This document shows, piece by piece, positions 1-13,597 of a DNA stretch of 64,000 nucleotides. The DNA lies in NCBI RefSeq assembly GCF_006345805.1, contig NC_043004.1:16616001-16680000 (forward strand), in the 5' to 3' direction. Made by a program: the position numbers and the translations under genes. The DNA comes from Octopus sinensis. Lineage: Eukaryota. A model generated the notes under the pieces. It was given only the letters and a program-made list of their open reading frames with translations. It had not been told where the DNA came from and did no database searches. Within the stretch, counting starts at the first letter, position 1, and each line of letters begins with the position of its first letter.

Positions 1-129
1 ACATATTGGGTTCCAATCGTAGTGCGTATTACAAAGATGTACTTTGTTTTCTACAGCACTGGTTTCCACTGCAATAATTCCCAAACATCATACAATTTCG
101 TTTCACCGATCAGTCATCCAAGCTGAAAT

Positions 130-800
<671 letters not shown>

Positions 801-1389
801 TATACTAGCATAAGCACAAGACAGAAGAAGAGATTGAGACAGAAAGAGGAAGCGAGAAGTACATACAGTTACATATATATGTATGCAAATATAGTTCTAA
901 GTATACTGAAGATTATTTTTTCCTAACATTTCTATATACACATATAAGCGAATAAGAATATTTCTCTTTGTACAGGCATATTTATACACGCACATATAAC
1001 CACATACATCTTTATATTGTTGCACGTATAAACACGTACACACACACGTACAGTACATATACATACATAATATATATATATATATGTTTATATGTGTGTG
1101 TATGTATCTTTATACATATGATATTTGTTTGGTGTGGCCTATTGATCACGACATGTAACCAATGTTTAGATCTCCATGCGTTTCGTTATATTTCAAACGA
1201 TCCATACATGAAAACCAAATGTGTTATTATTCTATGCTTCTTCCTCTACTCTAAATGATTTAATGTCTTGCTTGCATAGTTAAACTGAAAGTGTATTATC
1301 TCTATCAATATGTGGCGGTTGTCTATCAACCGAATATAGATCTGTTATATATATATATATATATATATACGTACATATATATATTTATA

Positions 1390-1428
<39 letters not shown>

Positions 1429-1430
1429 AT

Positions 1431-1473
<43 letters not shown>

Positions 1474-1790
1474 GAACATGCATACACACATATATATATA
1501 TTTGTGGAAACGCGCATAATGATGCATTAAACTATGTATAAATTCCATCCAGAGATTACTATTGTAATTACCATATTTATTCTACATAGTATCGGCACAG
1601 GTGGGTGCGACACCAAAAGACTGGTATTGCCAGTTGGCATCAGTAGGCAGTAGCCAGCATATTAGAAACAATCTTGCCCGTACTTTTGCCTCGGAGGGTA
1701 ACTTACTAGGTGCAATCCCATGGTCATTCATGACCGAAGGGATCACCATGTCACCCTCACTCTCTCACTCTCTCTCTATCTCTGTCTCTC

Positions 1791-1840
<50 letters not shown>

Positions 1841-1994
1841 TTGTATGCATATGTGTATACACAAACACATATCTATATATCTATATATGTAAATATATGT
1901 TTGTGTGTGTATACATATGTTATATACGTATGTTTGTATTCAGATATACATATACACATTCACACACACACATACACACACACATACACACACA

Positions 1995-2042
<48 letters not shown>

Positions 2043-2043
<1 letters not shown>

Positions 2044-3314
2044 TAGGTTGTCAAGAAAGATCTTGCGGTGTTTAACCTTTAAATTCAGATGCACATATCT
2101 TGGCTCAAAAATAAATGTATAAATGGAAATATACACCATCACAATCAACACACTTTTTGCTAACGCGAAACATGTTTATTTATGCCAGCAGCATAAACAT
2201 TCCGCGTTCTGGTGGCGATGAAGCCGTTCAAGGTGTGCTTGGCATCGTTTCGGTTTTTGAAGCATTTCTCACGTAGGAAGTTGTCGAGATGCTTGAAAAT
2301 GTGGTAGTCGGTAGGTGGTCCGGTGAATATGGCGGATGAAGCAGAGTTTCGTAGCCCAATTCGTTCAACTCCTGCACGGTCAGTTGTGCGACCTGTGGCC
2401 GAGCATTGTCGTGGAGAAGAATTGTTCCTTTTCTATTGAACAATGCTGGCTGTTGTCGGAGTTTCTTATGCATTTCATTCATTTGTTGACAGTACTTCGC
2501 CGTAATGGTTTACCTGTATCCAAAAAGCTGCCATGGATAAGACCGGCTGCAGACCACCAAACAGTCACCATGACCTTCTTTTGGTGAAACTTTGACTTCG
2601 GGAAGTGCCGTGGAGTTTCGTCGGCGTCCAGCCACTGAGCTGAGTGTCGTGAAGAATCCACTTTTCATTGCAAGTCACAATCCGGTCAAGAAACGGGTCG
2701 TTCTTGTTGCGTAAATGAAGGAAGACACTTTAAAACGGCGTGTTTTGTTGTTGTTTTTTTTTGGGGGGGGGAGGTTTATCGTTCAATTCATGCGGCACCC
2801 ATTGCTCTGGTATTTTTGCTTTTCCAATCTCATTCAAGTGGTTGGAAATTGTCGTATATGTTACGACAGAAGCAAGCAATTCAGAAGTAAGCCCTCGAAC
2901 AGTTGTGCGTGGAGTGGCTTCCACTAAGGTTCTTAGCTGATCATTGTCAACCTCTGATGGCCGACCACTACGCTTATCATCTTCAAGACTCGTCACTGCT
3001 ACGAAATTTCTTGAACCACCATTGTGCTGTACGTTCATTTGTGGTTTCCCGATCAAACACATCGTTCATATCGCGAGCTGTTTCAATAGCTTTTCGACCT
3101 AGCTTGAACTAGAATAAGAAAATTGTGCGAATTTGCTTTTTGTCCATGTTGTATTCAACATTTCAGAAACAATGGCCAAAGTATTTAACAAGAAAAAGAG
3201 CAATACGATTAGATAGAGCGAAAAATGGGCTTTAAAATGATATACAAAGCCAAAGTAATTTAACGACAATTAATTTGAAAATACAATTCCGCAAGAACTT
3301 TCTTGAGAACCTAA
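2043..3314 (-). mobile_element. Full-length mariner DNA transposon (Hsmar1/cecropia-like), decayed
   Basis: TIRs TTAGGTTGTCAAGAAAGATCTTGCGG (2043) and the reverse complement of TTAGGTTCTCAAGAAAGTTCTTGCGG (ends 3314); TA at 2041-2042 and 3315-3316; length 1272 bp. Confidence 0.95.
2120..3147 (-). pseudogene. Mariner transposase pseudogene (DD34D family)
   Basis: Starts MDKKQIRTIF at 3147. Motifs SLEDDKRSGRPSEVD, WVPHEL, KKVMVTVWW, LLHDNARP and HPPYSPD are spread over frameshifted ORFs 2730-3062, 2479-2661 and 2228-2482. Confidence 0.92.
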
Positions 3315-3576
3315 TATACATTCTATATATAGAGTTAACACACCTAGTCGCGTTAACAAAGAGATGTGGGTTCGAGGCCCACGCGGATAGGAAACCAATC
3401 TTGCTTCTGTCGAGGGCTTATATGCCATTTTGTTAGATTATTTTCCATAATCATTGCACGGTGATCGCCATAACCTTTAACCTATGTAAATGTCATTATT
3501 ATTATTTACAGGATTGTAAATTATGGCGCCGAATAAAAAGAACGTTCACACTGATATATATATATATATATATATA

Positions 3577-4534
3577 CATGGGGTCGACAAAATAATGGAA
3601 CTACCTTAACATTACAAACAAATGTATCTTAATATGGGGTAGGAAACATTTCTGCAACCATAGGATGAATTTCATCAGATAAAATGCTTAAATAGTCTTG
3701 ACTATTAATTCTGCCTTGAAAGGAAACCATTGGGCCGGTTATTTCCAAGATATAACACCCCCCACCATCACCACCACCACCAGATCATCACATATCCTCC
3801 TACATGTTTAAAAGTTGGGGAAGAAAGCTTCTTTTGGCTGCCTGCACTCGTATACTCGGCCGGTGGTCTGAAATAACAAAATTCCACTAATAACAGCCGA
3901 GAAAATAACACTATTCCACTGCTCTAGGGACCAATTCTGTAGGTTTTTAATCCTCTCTAAACGCTTTGCAAAGTTTGTTTTTAAAAGTAGTGGTTTTCTT
4001 AGTGCAGCTCTCCCGTGAAATCCGGCTTTGTGCTGCTACCGGCGAAAAGTTTTTGTAGAAAGTGTGTTTTAACGTGATAATTAAATTCTGCAATAATTTC
4101 GAGAGCTGTACTTTTTGATCGTTTCTAACAATTCGCGTAAGAATCCGACGGTCCCTAACTGAAAGTTTTGGTCTTCTTCCGGAGTTTTGTTTCGACGAGG
4201 AGACTTTTCTCTCTTTTTTCAAAGACTGTCGTTACTTTCGAGACAGTACATCTTGATACATTTCGGCTGTTTTCGTTACACTAGCACCTGCCGTGCGAGC
4301 ACCAAGAATTTAACCTCTTTGAAAGTCCGATAGATCTGTCACTTTAATGAATTTTAATTACCTTTTTCTGATGACATCTGAAAAAAACAAAACAGCAATT
4401 TTAGCAAAACATATAAAGCAACACTGATAATAAGTCAAAAAACATAAAAATTAACATGCTTTTAACGTTTTATAGATATTTCAAAATTATGATGCTATAA
4501 TGCTAAGTGTTTCCATTATTTTATCCAACCCCTG
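3577..4534 (-). mobile_element. Tc1-like transposon, internally deleted (958 bp)
   Basis: Imperfect TIRs CATGGGGTCGACAAAATAATGGAA and CAGGGGTTGGATAAAATAATGGAA with TA on both sides. ORF 3947-4222 has NSGRRPKLSVRDRR (paired-like DNA-binding domain). KHVGGYVMIW and GRINSQDYLSIL are present, then the sequence jumps to the 3' end, losing the 2nd D and the E. Confidence 0.88.
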
Positions 4535-4659
4535 TATATAGTTGTACTTATATGTGTTTTTGTTTATGTATATCTTTGAATATATGTATTCAAGATGCCA
4601 ATGAGAAATAAATATACCGAATAGAAAAGAGAACTTTGCGGCTAAGGTTGTGCACTGAC

Positions 4660-5515
4660 GGTCACGAGCGGCGGTGTGTTGACTTCTTTGGCGAAATACG
4701 TCATTTCCCGTTGTTGTACGTTCTTTTGGCACATCGTGCAAGTGTACAAGAATATTGGCTTTATAGAGACAGTGAGCGAATGTACAGCTCAAACATTTGA
4801 TCACTATAAACAATCATTCCTATCCGGAGTGCGTTCACCGTCCAAATATACAAGGCCACTGTCAACTGACTAAATCAGAGAGGTATACCATGCAGATCCA
4901 CAATCCTACAGAGTACATCTCTGCTCACCAAGCCAAACGCGTTGTAGAGGCAGACAAGCTGTAAGCAGCCCCTACAGAAAACTGCCTTCGACAGTGAGAA
5001 GGATTAACATACATGAAATAAAACTAACCAATTTCTCTCCCAATTCAATAAGGTGTCACATGATATCTTCCGTACTTTGACTGTAAATGAAACACCTGCA
5101 ATGTTCATATCATGGCGATTTAATATCAACGTGACCTAATACATTGTAGTCAAATTCATTGCCCTTCCCTGTACACTGTTGGTAAATTTATCATCAATCT
5201 TTTTATCGGCAGAGTAAACGCATTGATAAATCTTATTTTATTCGCAGGGTAAATACGTCGCATTTCCTTAAAAATGAAGTAGAAAACAAATCTAAGATGA
5301 ATAATTCCATCCTACGATTAGGAAAGATTTTAGAAATGTTAATAAAGAAATATGCAAGAGTCGACGTAATAATCAAACTGCATATTTTAGGTGCAAAAAT
5401 TTCACATCGCAAAAAGAAATATAAAGATTTTATTCCAAAAATTCAATGCATCGTAAATGAATGTGAAAATTGTGAAACACTTGATTATTTGAGAGACATT
5501 GCTCACAAGATGTAA
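4660..5515 (+). pseudogene. Possible Mutator/MULE-type transposase remnant
   Basis: ORF 4676-4873 has CTFFWHIVQVYKNIGF (resembles MULE GCxFHxxQ). ORF 5297-5515 ends LDYLRDIAHKM*, resembling FLYWCH-MULE C-termini (YLRGIAH). No TIRs found. Confidence 0.4.
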
Positions 5516-5687
5516 GATGTGTTCCCTCAACATGGAAATAGTTTTATCTTTCTACTGCATCATTTCGTTATACTTTAAAATGAAACTCTGGCATGTATAT
5601 TCTTATGTGAGTGTGAGTGTTTGTATTTTGTATATATATTAGAAATATTAAATTTCTAAATAGAGATATGAGCGGTGGTGGAGCGAT

Positions 5688-5974
5688 AGAGTGGTTGTAT
5701 ACTGTCAACTTAACGTGACAGTCCCGTAAAGGGAATCACACAACCACTATTTAGCTCTAGGAAGCATCGACGCTTCCTGTCGGCTTTGACACATTTCCTG
5801 TGTCCTTATATTTGCGAAGGGGAGCCAAGCACATCCACCAGCTAGGCCTGCACCTAGACACATGCATGATTCTGAGTCTTGCTCGTTATCAGTCTAGGGT
5901 AGTAAGGCCTGCTAGTAAATAGCGGCGCTGTGATTCCCTTTACGGGACTGTCACGTTAAGTTAACAGTATACAA

Positions 5975-5981
<7 letters not shown>
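5688..5981. mobile_element. MITE with 53-bp TIRs (294 bp)
   Basis: AGAGTGGTTGTATACTGTCAACTTAACGTGACAGTCCCGTAAAGGGAATCACA (5688-5740) matches the reverse complement of 5929-5981 with 1 mismatch; the interior is non-coding. Confidence 0.88.
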
Positions 5982-6024
<43 letters not shown>

Positions 6025-6031
6025 CTCTCTG

Positions 6032-6094
<63 letters not shown>

Positions 6095-6134
6095 CATATA
6101 TATACATATATATATGAGTGTGTGTGTATGCGTG

Positions 6135-6445
6135 TTGTTTTGTTGTTTGTTCCTTCTCGAGCCATGCCTGGCTCATAAGGGCCGATTTCCCGGTTTCCTT
6201 GGCGTATAGGCTCCCCACCTGGACGGGACGCCGGTCTGTCGCAGGTGAGCTGCAAGATGCAGGAGGAAAGAGTGAGAGGAAGTTGTGGCGAAAGTATCAG
6301 CAGCAGTTCCCCATTATCTTCTGTCGGAGCCGCGTGGAGCTTAGGTGTTTCGCTCATAAGCACACACATCGCCCGGTCTGAGATTCGAATCCGCGATCCC
6401 TCGACCGCGAGTCCGCTGCTCTAACCGCTAGGCCATGTGCCTCCA
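6135..6445 (-). mobile_element. tRNA-derived SINE (octopus OR-type head, tail A)
   Basis: Reverse-strand head TGGAGGCACATGGCCTAGCGGTTAGAGCAGCGGACTCGCGGTCGAGGGATCGCGGATTCGAATC contains A and B boxes; AAC-rich tail; shares ~190 bp with the SINE at 23104-23474. Confidence 0.85.
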
Positions 6446-7299
6446 TACTTGTATGCATTTACGTATATATATATATATGAGTGTGTGTGTATGCATGTAT
6501 GTATGTGTGTGTATATATACATATATACAGAGAGAAAGTGAGGGAAGGAAGGAGGGAGGGAGGGAGGGAGAGAGGGAGAGACAGTAAATTTAATATAATA
6601 TAGTTTTCCCTTTGAATTTCCTTTTCACTATTTCACGAGATGCCACTAAAAACTTTATGTTTTGCGGGATATTTATGCTGCAGATAAAAAGCAAGACGAT
6701 GAATTCACGACGATGTACCATCCTTTACCAATATTTGAACCTTGTTCCTATTGCATTCGAATAAAACTAAGAGGCGAAGAATTGAACACACGCCGGAATT
6801 GCATCTGATGAATTTACTGCGATGAAATTATTCGCGATGAATTTACTGAACGCTGCTTGAAATAGATGATGTTAAATGGGACCCCAAACTTACTCTACTC
6901 CTCATTCTTCTCCAACCACAGTTTAATCTCTCTCCCTATTTATCTATCTATTTCTATCTGTTTCTATATACTCTCTCTCCCTCTCTCCCTTTGAATGTTT
7001 TCTCTTTCTATCTATCTATCTATCTGCATCTTTCCCCTCTCTTTCACTCACTCCCCAGCCCTCTTCCTGTTTGCAAGCAAAACCTATCTCAGCATGTTTT
7101 TCTCTCCTTCAATTCTCGTTTAAACATCCTGTGGCATAAAACTTTCATTTCTAGCATTATAATTCAGGAACATAAAACATACAGTAATAAGGATAAAACA
7201 TAAGGCGGAAATATTGAATGGTTTGCATTATGGAATAGCACAATGTAGAAATTCAGGTTTATCACAAAAATGTCGATGTATTTATTGCTTCTCCATTAA

Positions 7300-8816
7300 C
7301 CGTAAATGGTTGAGTGCTTCTGGTAAGGAACATATCTGCAGCATGTAGCGGTCAGACTGACATCGGCCAATGCGATGGCTTCGTTCCTATAAACCATCAT
7401 GATTGCGAAAGAAATATAGGCCAACGAGAGATATTGCGAAACAGTGAAAAAAAGGTTTGAGAGCAAGTATGGGACTTCAGTATATGGCAGAGGGTAGTTG
7501 TAAAACTAAATAAGAAAATTAATAAAGTTACTAAAAATAAGGCAACACGAGTGAAAGAAGAGAGAACGTCAAAGCGATAAATATTGGTAAATAAGATTGC
7601 AGAATAAGATGAAAGATTATATAAGGAACGATTTCTCACGAAAATATAAAAAGAACAGAGAATAAAAAAAAACGAGGAAATGAGAGTAAAAATGACTAAA
7701 GAATAAGCTTTAGAACCTTTCTCTCGCATGAAAAAAATACCGAAATATATGGGTGAATGCAATGGCCAATTACTGCGCTTAATTAATATCGCATTTGAAA
7801 CAGCCGAAAAAATGTGAATCCATATGCGCTTTCTGAAAAGCATGTGACAAGATTGTCGCTAGAAAGAGGAGTGAAGAATCATAAAGCGTGCGTTTTTCTA
7901 ATGTAATCAACAAAGATTTCCTGATACATCTTCTATTAGATACAATGTTAGAATCAAAACATTTTCTAAAAATCATTGAACGATACAGCTGCATTTTGAA
8001 ATTACAATATTCACAGAAAAAAAATTATCAGAGAACCTATACTTATACTAAAACCTTAATGCACGGTCAAATTAATTACAGAAGTGGTTTTCTTCAGCTT
8101 TTATATAATAGAAAGCTATTACTTCCATGAATATATTTTGACAGTAATATTCAAACAGAAGCACAACTCCGTGGCAAAATGAGGCGCTAAGATAGAAGTT
8201 TATCCTAAATTTTGTTCAAAAAAGTCTTGTCATTGTAAATTCAGCTTAAGACGGTTTTCTTCGTGGAATCTGTTGTTCGCGTACTTCTACAATCTTAGAA
8301 TGATCATGTTTGCGTTTCTTATACGGAAATATATTGTTCAGATTAGGATACAATCAATGTGTATGGTCGATGGATGGTAGCTATGCCATCCACTGACCAC
8401 TGTGTTGTTTTCTGCTTTTCGGAAGACAGATCCTGTGGAAACAAGTGTTTTTCTCCTTAGAATGTTTCATTTCCAAAACCCAAACTCAGTAATATCAAAA
8501 TAATGTAGAGAAAATAACACATTTTAAAAATAAGTTGTTTTCAAAGGCGGCATACGTGCACATTGGCAGACAGATTTTATGCTCTCTGCCTATATACCCA
8601 AGACCAGCGATTCGTCTTCGTTTCAAGGTGACTCGGATATACGGTGCTTAATAGATGAAATAACCGCAAACTATCGACACCTACGGGACGATTTGTTTCG
8701 CATCGTTTGAAGTATTCGATGTTTTTAAAACATGATGTCTTAAAGGGACTCTTCTTGGACGAAATTCTGCAGCTGATAAGCAAATAAACAAAAGAGATGC
8801 ATTGAGCGTGTGACAT
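7300..8816 (-). pseudogene. Highly decayed FLYWCH/MULE-like transposase remnant (tentative)
   Basis: Minus-strand fragments 'NRWSWVYRQRA*NLSANVHV', 'RKHDHSK' and 'HFFGCFKC' fall in the order expected for FLYWCH then MULE; many stops. Confidence 0.25.
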
Positions 8817-9249
8817 TGGTAATGTTTCTCTTATACAATCGGTTTAAAGTCGATATTTGAACAACTAAACTGTTAAAAGAAATGTCTTACAACAAGGAAG
8901 ATTTTTCAAAACATATTTTATTTCTTACTCTTTTAATCATTAGACTGCGGTCATGCTGGGGCACTTCTTTGTGAAGCTGGGGCACGGCCCTAACATGCTA
9001 TGGAAAATAATCCCGATTTCGTGCGTCAACAAAGCCACTCAACAATGCGAGTACTTGAGGGTTTACCAAAATGGAGGTCGCTTTTCTTTTTCCTGGTGCT
9101 TCTCAATAGAACTGGAATAGCATTTGTCACACTTCGTATAATGCGATATCAGAAAAAATAGCTTTCATTGTCGCCATATTCGGTATTATTGGTACTTTGT
9201 ATGGGTTAGTTAGCTGCCTGACTTCAGTCAGTATTAGGCCGATTCTTTC

Positions 9250-9390
9250 TTTTATCGACCTCCGGAGCGATGAAAATTAAATTTATCCTCTGTGGGCTTT
9301 GAATCCAGAACGTAAAAGCCGGAGGAAATAAAATACCAAAAGATTTGTTTTGTAATCTAATGATCCTGCCAGCATGCCACGCTAACACTC
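9250..9390 (-). mobile_element. Old SINE fragment (ggcggcgagctggcag family)
   Basis: 'ttttatcgacc...tttgaatccagaacgtaaaag...ctgccagcatgcc' resembles the younger copies at 27660 and 49821. Confidence 0.45.
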
Positions 9391-10390
9391 TGAAATAAGA
9401 GGGGAAAAAAGGAAGAAAAAATGAAGAAACGTTTCCATCATCTTAAAATCATTGGCTTTTTAAGTATCCATTTTATACGGTTAGACATTACAACTCTCAA
9501 CGCTTGTAAACTAAAATCCTGGATATTTTGATCATTATTTCACCACTGCAATTCATAATAATGCGATCCAGATTACTCGGTTTATGTTACATCCATTATA
9601 TAAAACACAACATTAGAATATCTCAAATCTGACTTGTCAAAATATTGTGTTACTTACATTCCATCAAATGGTTTCGAACAACAACTGCAAAATAAACACT
9701 CCCACCACCTCGCAAAGTAACAGTAACACCGTTAAATCCACACCACAAAACCAACAGCAATGAAATAACAATACGCAACGTTGCTGCTTCATATTACAAT
9801 TGTGTGTTTAAATATCCGTGAAAGCTAACTGGAATAATTTTCCCAAAGGCTTATATGTGTGTGTGCATGTGTGTGTGAGTGTGTGTGTATTCGCGTATGT
9901 GTAGTAGTATGTTTCACGTATGCGTAAGTAGTATGTGCGTGCTTATGCGTTTGTATGTGTCTTCTGCGTTCATACACAAGCATTTCTGCGCATGCATATA
10001 CGTACATGGTTATGTGCTCACGCATGCCTATGCATCTCTCTATATAAATGTGCGTGTGTATGTACATGTATGTGTGTGTGTGTGGTGTGTGTGTGAGGTT
10101 ACCATTAAGTGTTTCTGATAACAATCAATCAAGTAGACATGTTTCGTGATTGGATCTCTGATGACTAACCTGGATCACACACAAGGATAAATGATGAAGT
10201 TTCCGAAAAAGACAAGCAGAAGGCAAAACTAGTCAAAGGGCGGATAAATCCCAAATTAGGTCATCGAATATACTGCAACAAATTGCTGAAACATAAGATT
10301 ACCCAATATAATGAATGAGCGTGCAGAAAAACACTCATGAGAAATGCATAACTAGTTCCAGTTGGATTATATATATATATATATACATAT

Positions 10391-10605
10391 AGTATATTTG
10401 CCACTTAAATTTGGCTAACCCTTAAGGGTGGATGCTACTGTAACTTGTATCCCCAGGACGATATCTCCTCCAGCTGGCTATTGACAGGGCTATTGATAGG
10501 GTACGGAAAGTGTGTCAATAGCCAGCTGGAGATGTCGTCCTGGGGATTCAAGCTACAGTAACATCCACCCTTAGGGGTTAGACACATTTAAGTGGCAAAT
10601 GTACT
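10391..10605. mobile_element. Hairpin MITE (215 bp; ~93-bp arms, ~90% identical, ~26-bp spacer)
   Basis: agtatatttgccacttaaat...cagctggctattgaca pairs with tgtcaatagccagctg...atttaagtggcaaatgtact; TA at 10393-10394 and 10602-10603 suggests a Tc1/mariner-type target site. Confidence 0.85.
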
Positions 10606-10676
10606 TCACGATGTGGTGCAGCTACTGTTTATACCTCGCTCAGAGATTTATCATTGCTTATATATATATATATATA

Positions 10677-10837
10677 TATAAAATATTATTCGAGACAAAA
10701 CCACTATTTGCAAAACAAACAAGGAAAGACTTAATCAATACATAATTTTAATAAATATTTATTAAAATTTATGTATTGATAAGTCTTTCCTTGTTTGTTT
10801 TGCAAAATAGTGGTTTTGTCTCGAATAATATTTTATA
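10677..10837. repeat. Spacerless 161-bp palindrome
   Basis: aaaatattattcgagacaaaaccactat...aataaat|atttatt...atagtggttttgtctcgaataatatttt; centre between 10756 and 10757; only ~3 single-base indels between arms. Confidence 0.92.
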
Positions 10838-10949
10838 ATATTTTACTATAAAATCGATTTATCCTAAATCTGATTTTTTCCCTGTAAATTTGGATTTATT
10901 CCCTAATATTTATTATTATATATATATATATAATATATATATATATATA

Positions 10950-10996
<47 letters not shown>

Positions 10997-11002
<6 letters not shown>

Positions 11003-13562
11003 TATAGCCCACATAATTCGTCTGTGGCAGACGAAATTGAAAATTTCTATACAACCCTTCGTTCAACCATTGAGCAAGTACCTCTCCATAATTTTCTGGT
11101 TATAGCTGGTGATCTGAATGCTAGACTAGGACCCGATTAGACCAAGTTTACTTTCAACTCTAAAACCAATCGGAACGGAGAAATGGTCAAAGACTTCTTG
11201 GAGGAATTTAATCTCTACACCTCCAACAATTCTTTTATGAAACCAAAAGGTCAACTTTGGACATTTGAGTCCCCACTTGGTGATAGGGCACAAATTGACT
11301 ACCTCATCTTTCGAAAGAAATGGCGCAATAGTGTTAAGGACTCGAGATCCTACTCTTCTGTCGGCTCTGACCACAGAATTGTATCAGCTACCGTTAAGCT
11401 TAGTCTTCGCTCATCCAAAAAAACTAAGCCTCACCCGATCAAAATGATCGACTGGGAGGAAGTCTTATCTAACCCCGATATGTCCAAACAATTTACTATT
11501 GAGGTCTATAACAAATTTCAATCTCTGTCTACTTCTGAAATAGATGCTGAGAACATTGAGGAAGTATACAGCAGCCTCATCAAATCAACAGAGGAAGTTG
11601 CACTGGCTACTCTTCCCAAAAGGAAGAGTAGGGGCCAGAGCAAACCTTCTAATTCCTCAAATGTCATCGAAGCCAGAAACCATCTAAAGTCTATATCACT
11701 AGCTTACCACCGTTCTCCATCCCAGTCACTGAAGATCCAACTCATAGCTGCCAGGAAGAATCTTGATGAGGCTTACTTGAACGCCGAGGTCGAATTATCA
11801 ATGGCAAAATTAGTAAACTATCGAAAGAGCACATTAGTAAAAAACACCATCTCGCCTGGAAATCCATCAAAGACCTATCAGGCAAAAATTCTGGGTCATC
11901 AATTAGAATTAAAGGGGATCAGCTAAGAAGCGTTTAGAAAATTGGTCAACCCATTTTAAAAACCTCCTTGGGAAGAATGCCAAAATCCCTGATAACCCCA
12001 CTCTCCCAAGTGTGCCTATATCAGACACGCTGGACATCAACACCTCCCCTTTTACCATATTTGAACTAACAGCAGCCACCAAGCAACTAAAAGCCTCGAA
12101 AGCATTTGGTCCCGACAACATTCCGGCTGTGATTTGGAAGGATGATAGATTTCACGCACTTTTGCTTAACCTCTGCAACCACACACTTTCCACCTTTGTC
12201 GCTCCAAAGATTTGGCACCAATCTCAAATCATTCCAATACCCAAAAAAGGCGATTTGTCCCTCGTCACAAACTACAGGGGCATATCTCTAATGTCAATTG
12301 CTGCCAAACTGTACAACAAACTGATCCTAAATCGTCTTGTCCTTTTTGTTGAACCTTTGCTCCGAAAGAACCAAAATGGATTCAGACATGGGCGCTCAAC
12401 GCTGAGTCAGATACTATGCCTGCGCAGACTTATTGAAGAATCAAAAGCATTTAATCGCGATCTTGCAATGGTATTTGTAGACTTTTCTAAAGCGTTCTGT
12501 AGATAGGTGCAAGATGTTTGAAATCCTTAAGCTCTATGGGATACCAGACAAAATTATTTCTGCCATCAAGGTCCTCTACACAGATACGTCTTCAACCATC
12601 TTAACCCCTGATGGAGAAACATCATCTTTCTCGATCGAGGCCGGAATACTGCAGGGAGACACACTCGCCCCATTTCTTTTCATCATTGTTGTTGATTATG
12701 TGCTACGTATGTCAGTTGATACCATCTCTGGCAAGGGCTTTGAAATAAAACCAAGAAGAAGTTCCAGACACCCAGCTGAGTACTTGACAGATACTGACTT
12801 TGCTGACGACATCGCTCTTATCAGTGATTCTCTCTCCAATGCCCAGTCTCTTTTACAATCTCTTGAACAAGCCTCAAATTGTGTAGGTCTTTACCTCAAT
12901 GAGACCAAAACTGAATACATAAACAAGTGCCTGTCCAACAGTGATTGCATCATCCACACTCTCAACAGTGCACCTTTAAATATGGTTTCTGATTATAAAT
13001 ATCTTGGGTCATACATATCATCATCTGGAAAAGACTTTCTAACTGGAAAGGGTATGGCCTGGTCAGCCTGTAATGACATGCATAAGATCTGGTCATCAAA
13101 TCTAAGTAGAGACTTCAAACTTGAAATATTCAAAGCCACAGTCGAACCAATCCTACTATATGGCTCAGAAACCTGGACGTTATCAAAGAAGCTTGAGAGG
13201 CGGTTGGATGGAACCTACACTCGCCTCCTTATGAGAGCTCAAAATCTCTCGTGGAGGCGCCATCCAACTAAAATGCAAATATATGGGAAATTACCACCTG
13301 TGTCATCTCTTGTGAAAGGTAGGAGAGTCCAGTTTGCTGGACATTGTTGTAGAGCTGAAAAAGAAGTAATTTCTACTCTTCTCCTCTGGAATCCATCTAC
13401 TCGCAACACCAGAGGGCGCACACTCTCCTACCCTGATGTAATCTCCAGGGATACAGGCATCCAGCAACAGGACCTCCGTAATGCTATGATGGACCGTGAA
13501 GTCTGGCGCAACATGGTAAATTCCATTGTCTCGACCACGGTCGAACAATGATGATGATTATG

Positions 13563-13563
<1 letters not shown>
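10997..13563 (+). mobile_element. RTE-clade LINE, 5'-truncated within the AP endonuclease, inserted in a (TG)n tract
   Basis: APE motifs VYSPHN, GDLNAR, QIDY and SDH; RT motifs NYRGISL, QNGFR, DFSKAF, QGDTLAP and FADD; (TGA)n tail after the stop at 13551; (TG)n-TATA on both flanks. Confidence 0.93.
11000..13551 (+). pseudogene. APE-RT polyprotein of the RTE LINE, frameshifted near ~11790, ~11920 and ~12500
   Basis: ORFs 11183-11926, 12012-12506 and 12514-13551 join into one APE+RT protein after small indels. Confidence 0.88.

Positions 13564-13597
<34 letters not shown>

Noticed and set aside
1500-1760. Repeat-like segment ('gaaacgcg...', 'gcaatcccatggtcattcatgaccgaaggg') and ORF 1601-2122
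   Set aside because: Probably retroelement 3' debris, but there is no second copy or diagnostic motif in the window; the ORF runs through microsatellite.
3330-3530. GGTTCGAGGCC B-box-like motif as a tRNA or SINE
   Set aside because: No A box or cloverleaf could be built.
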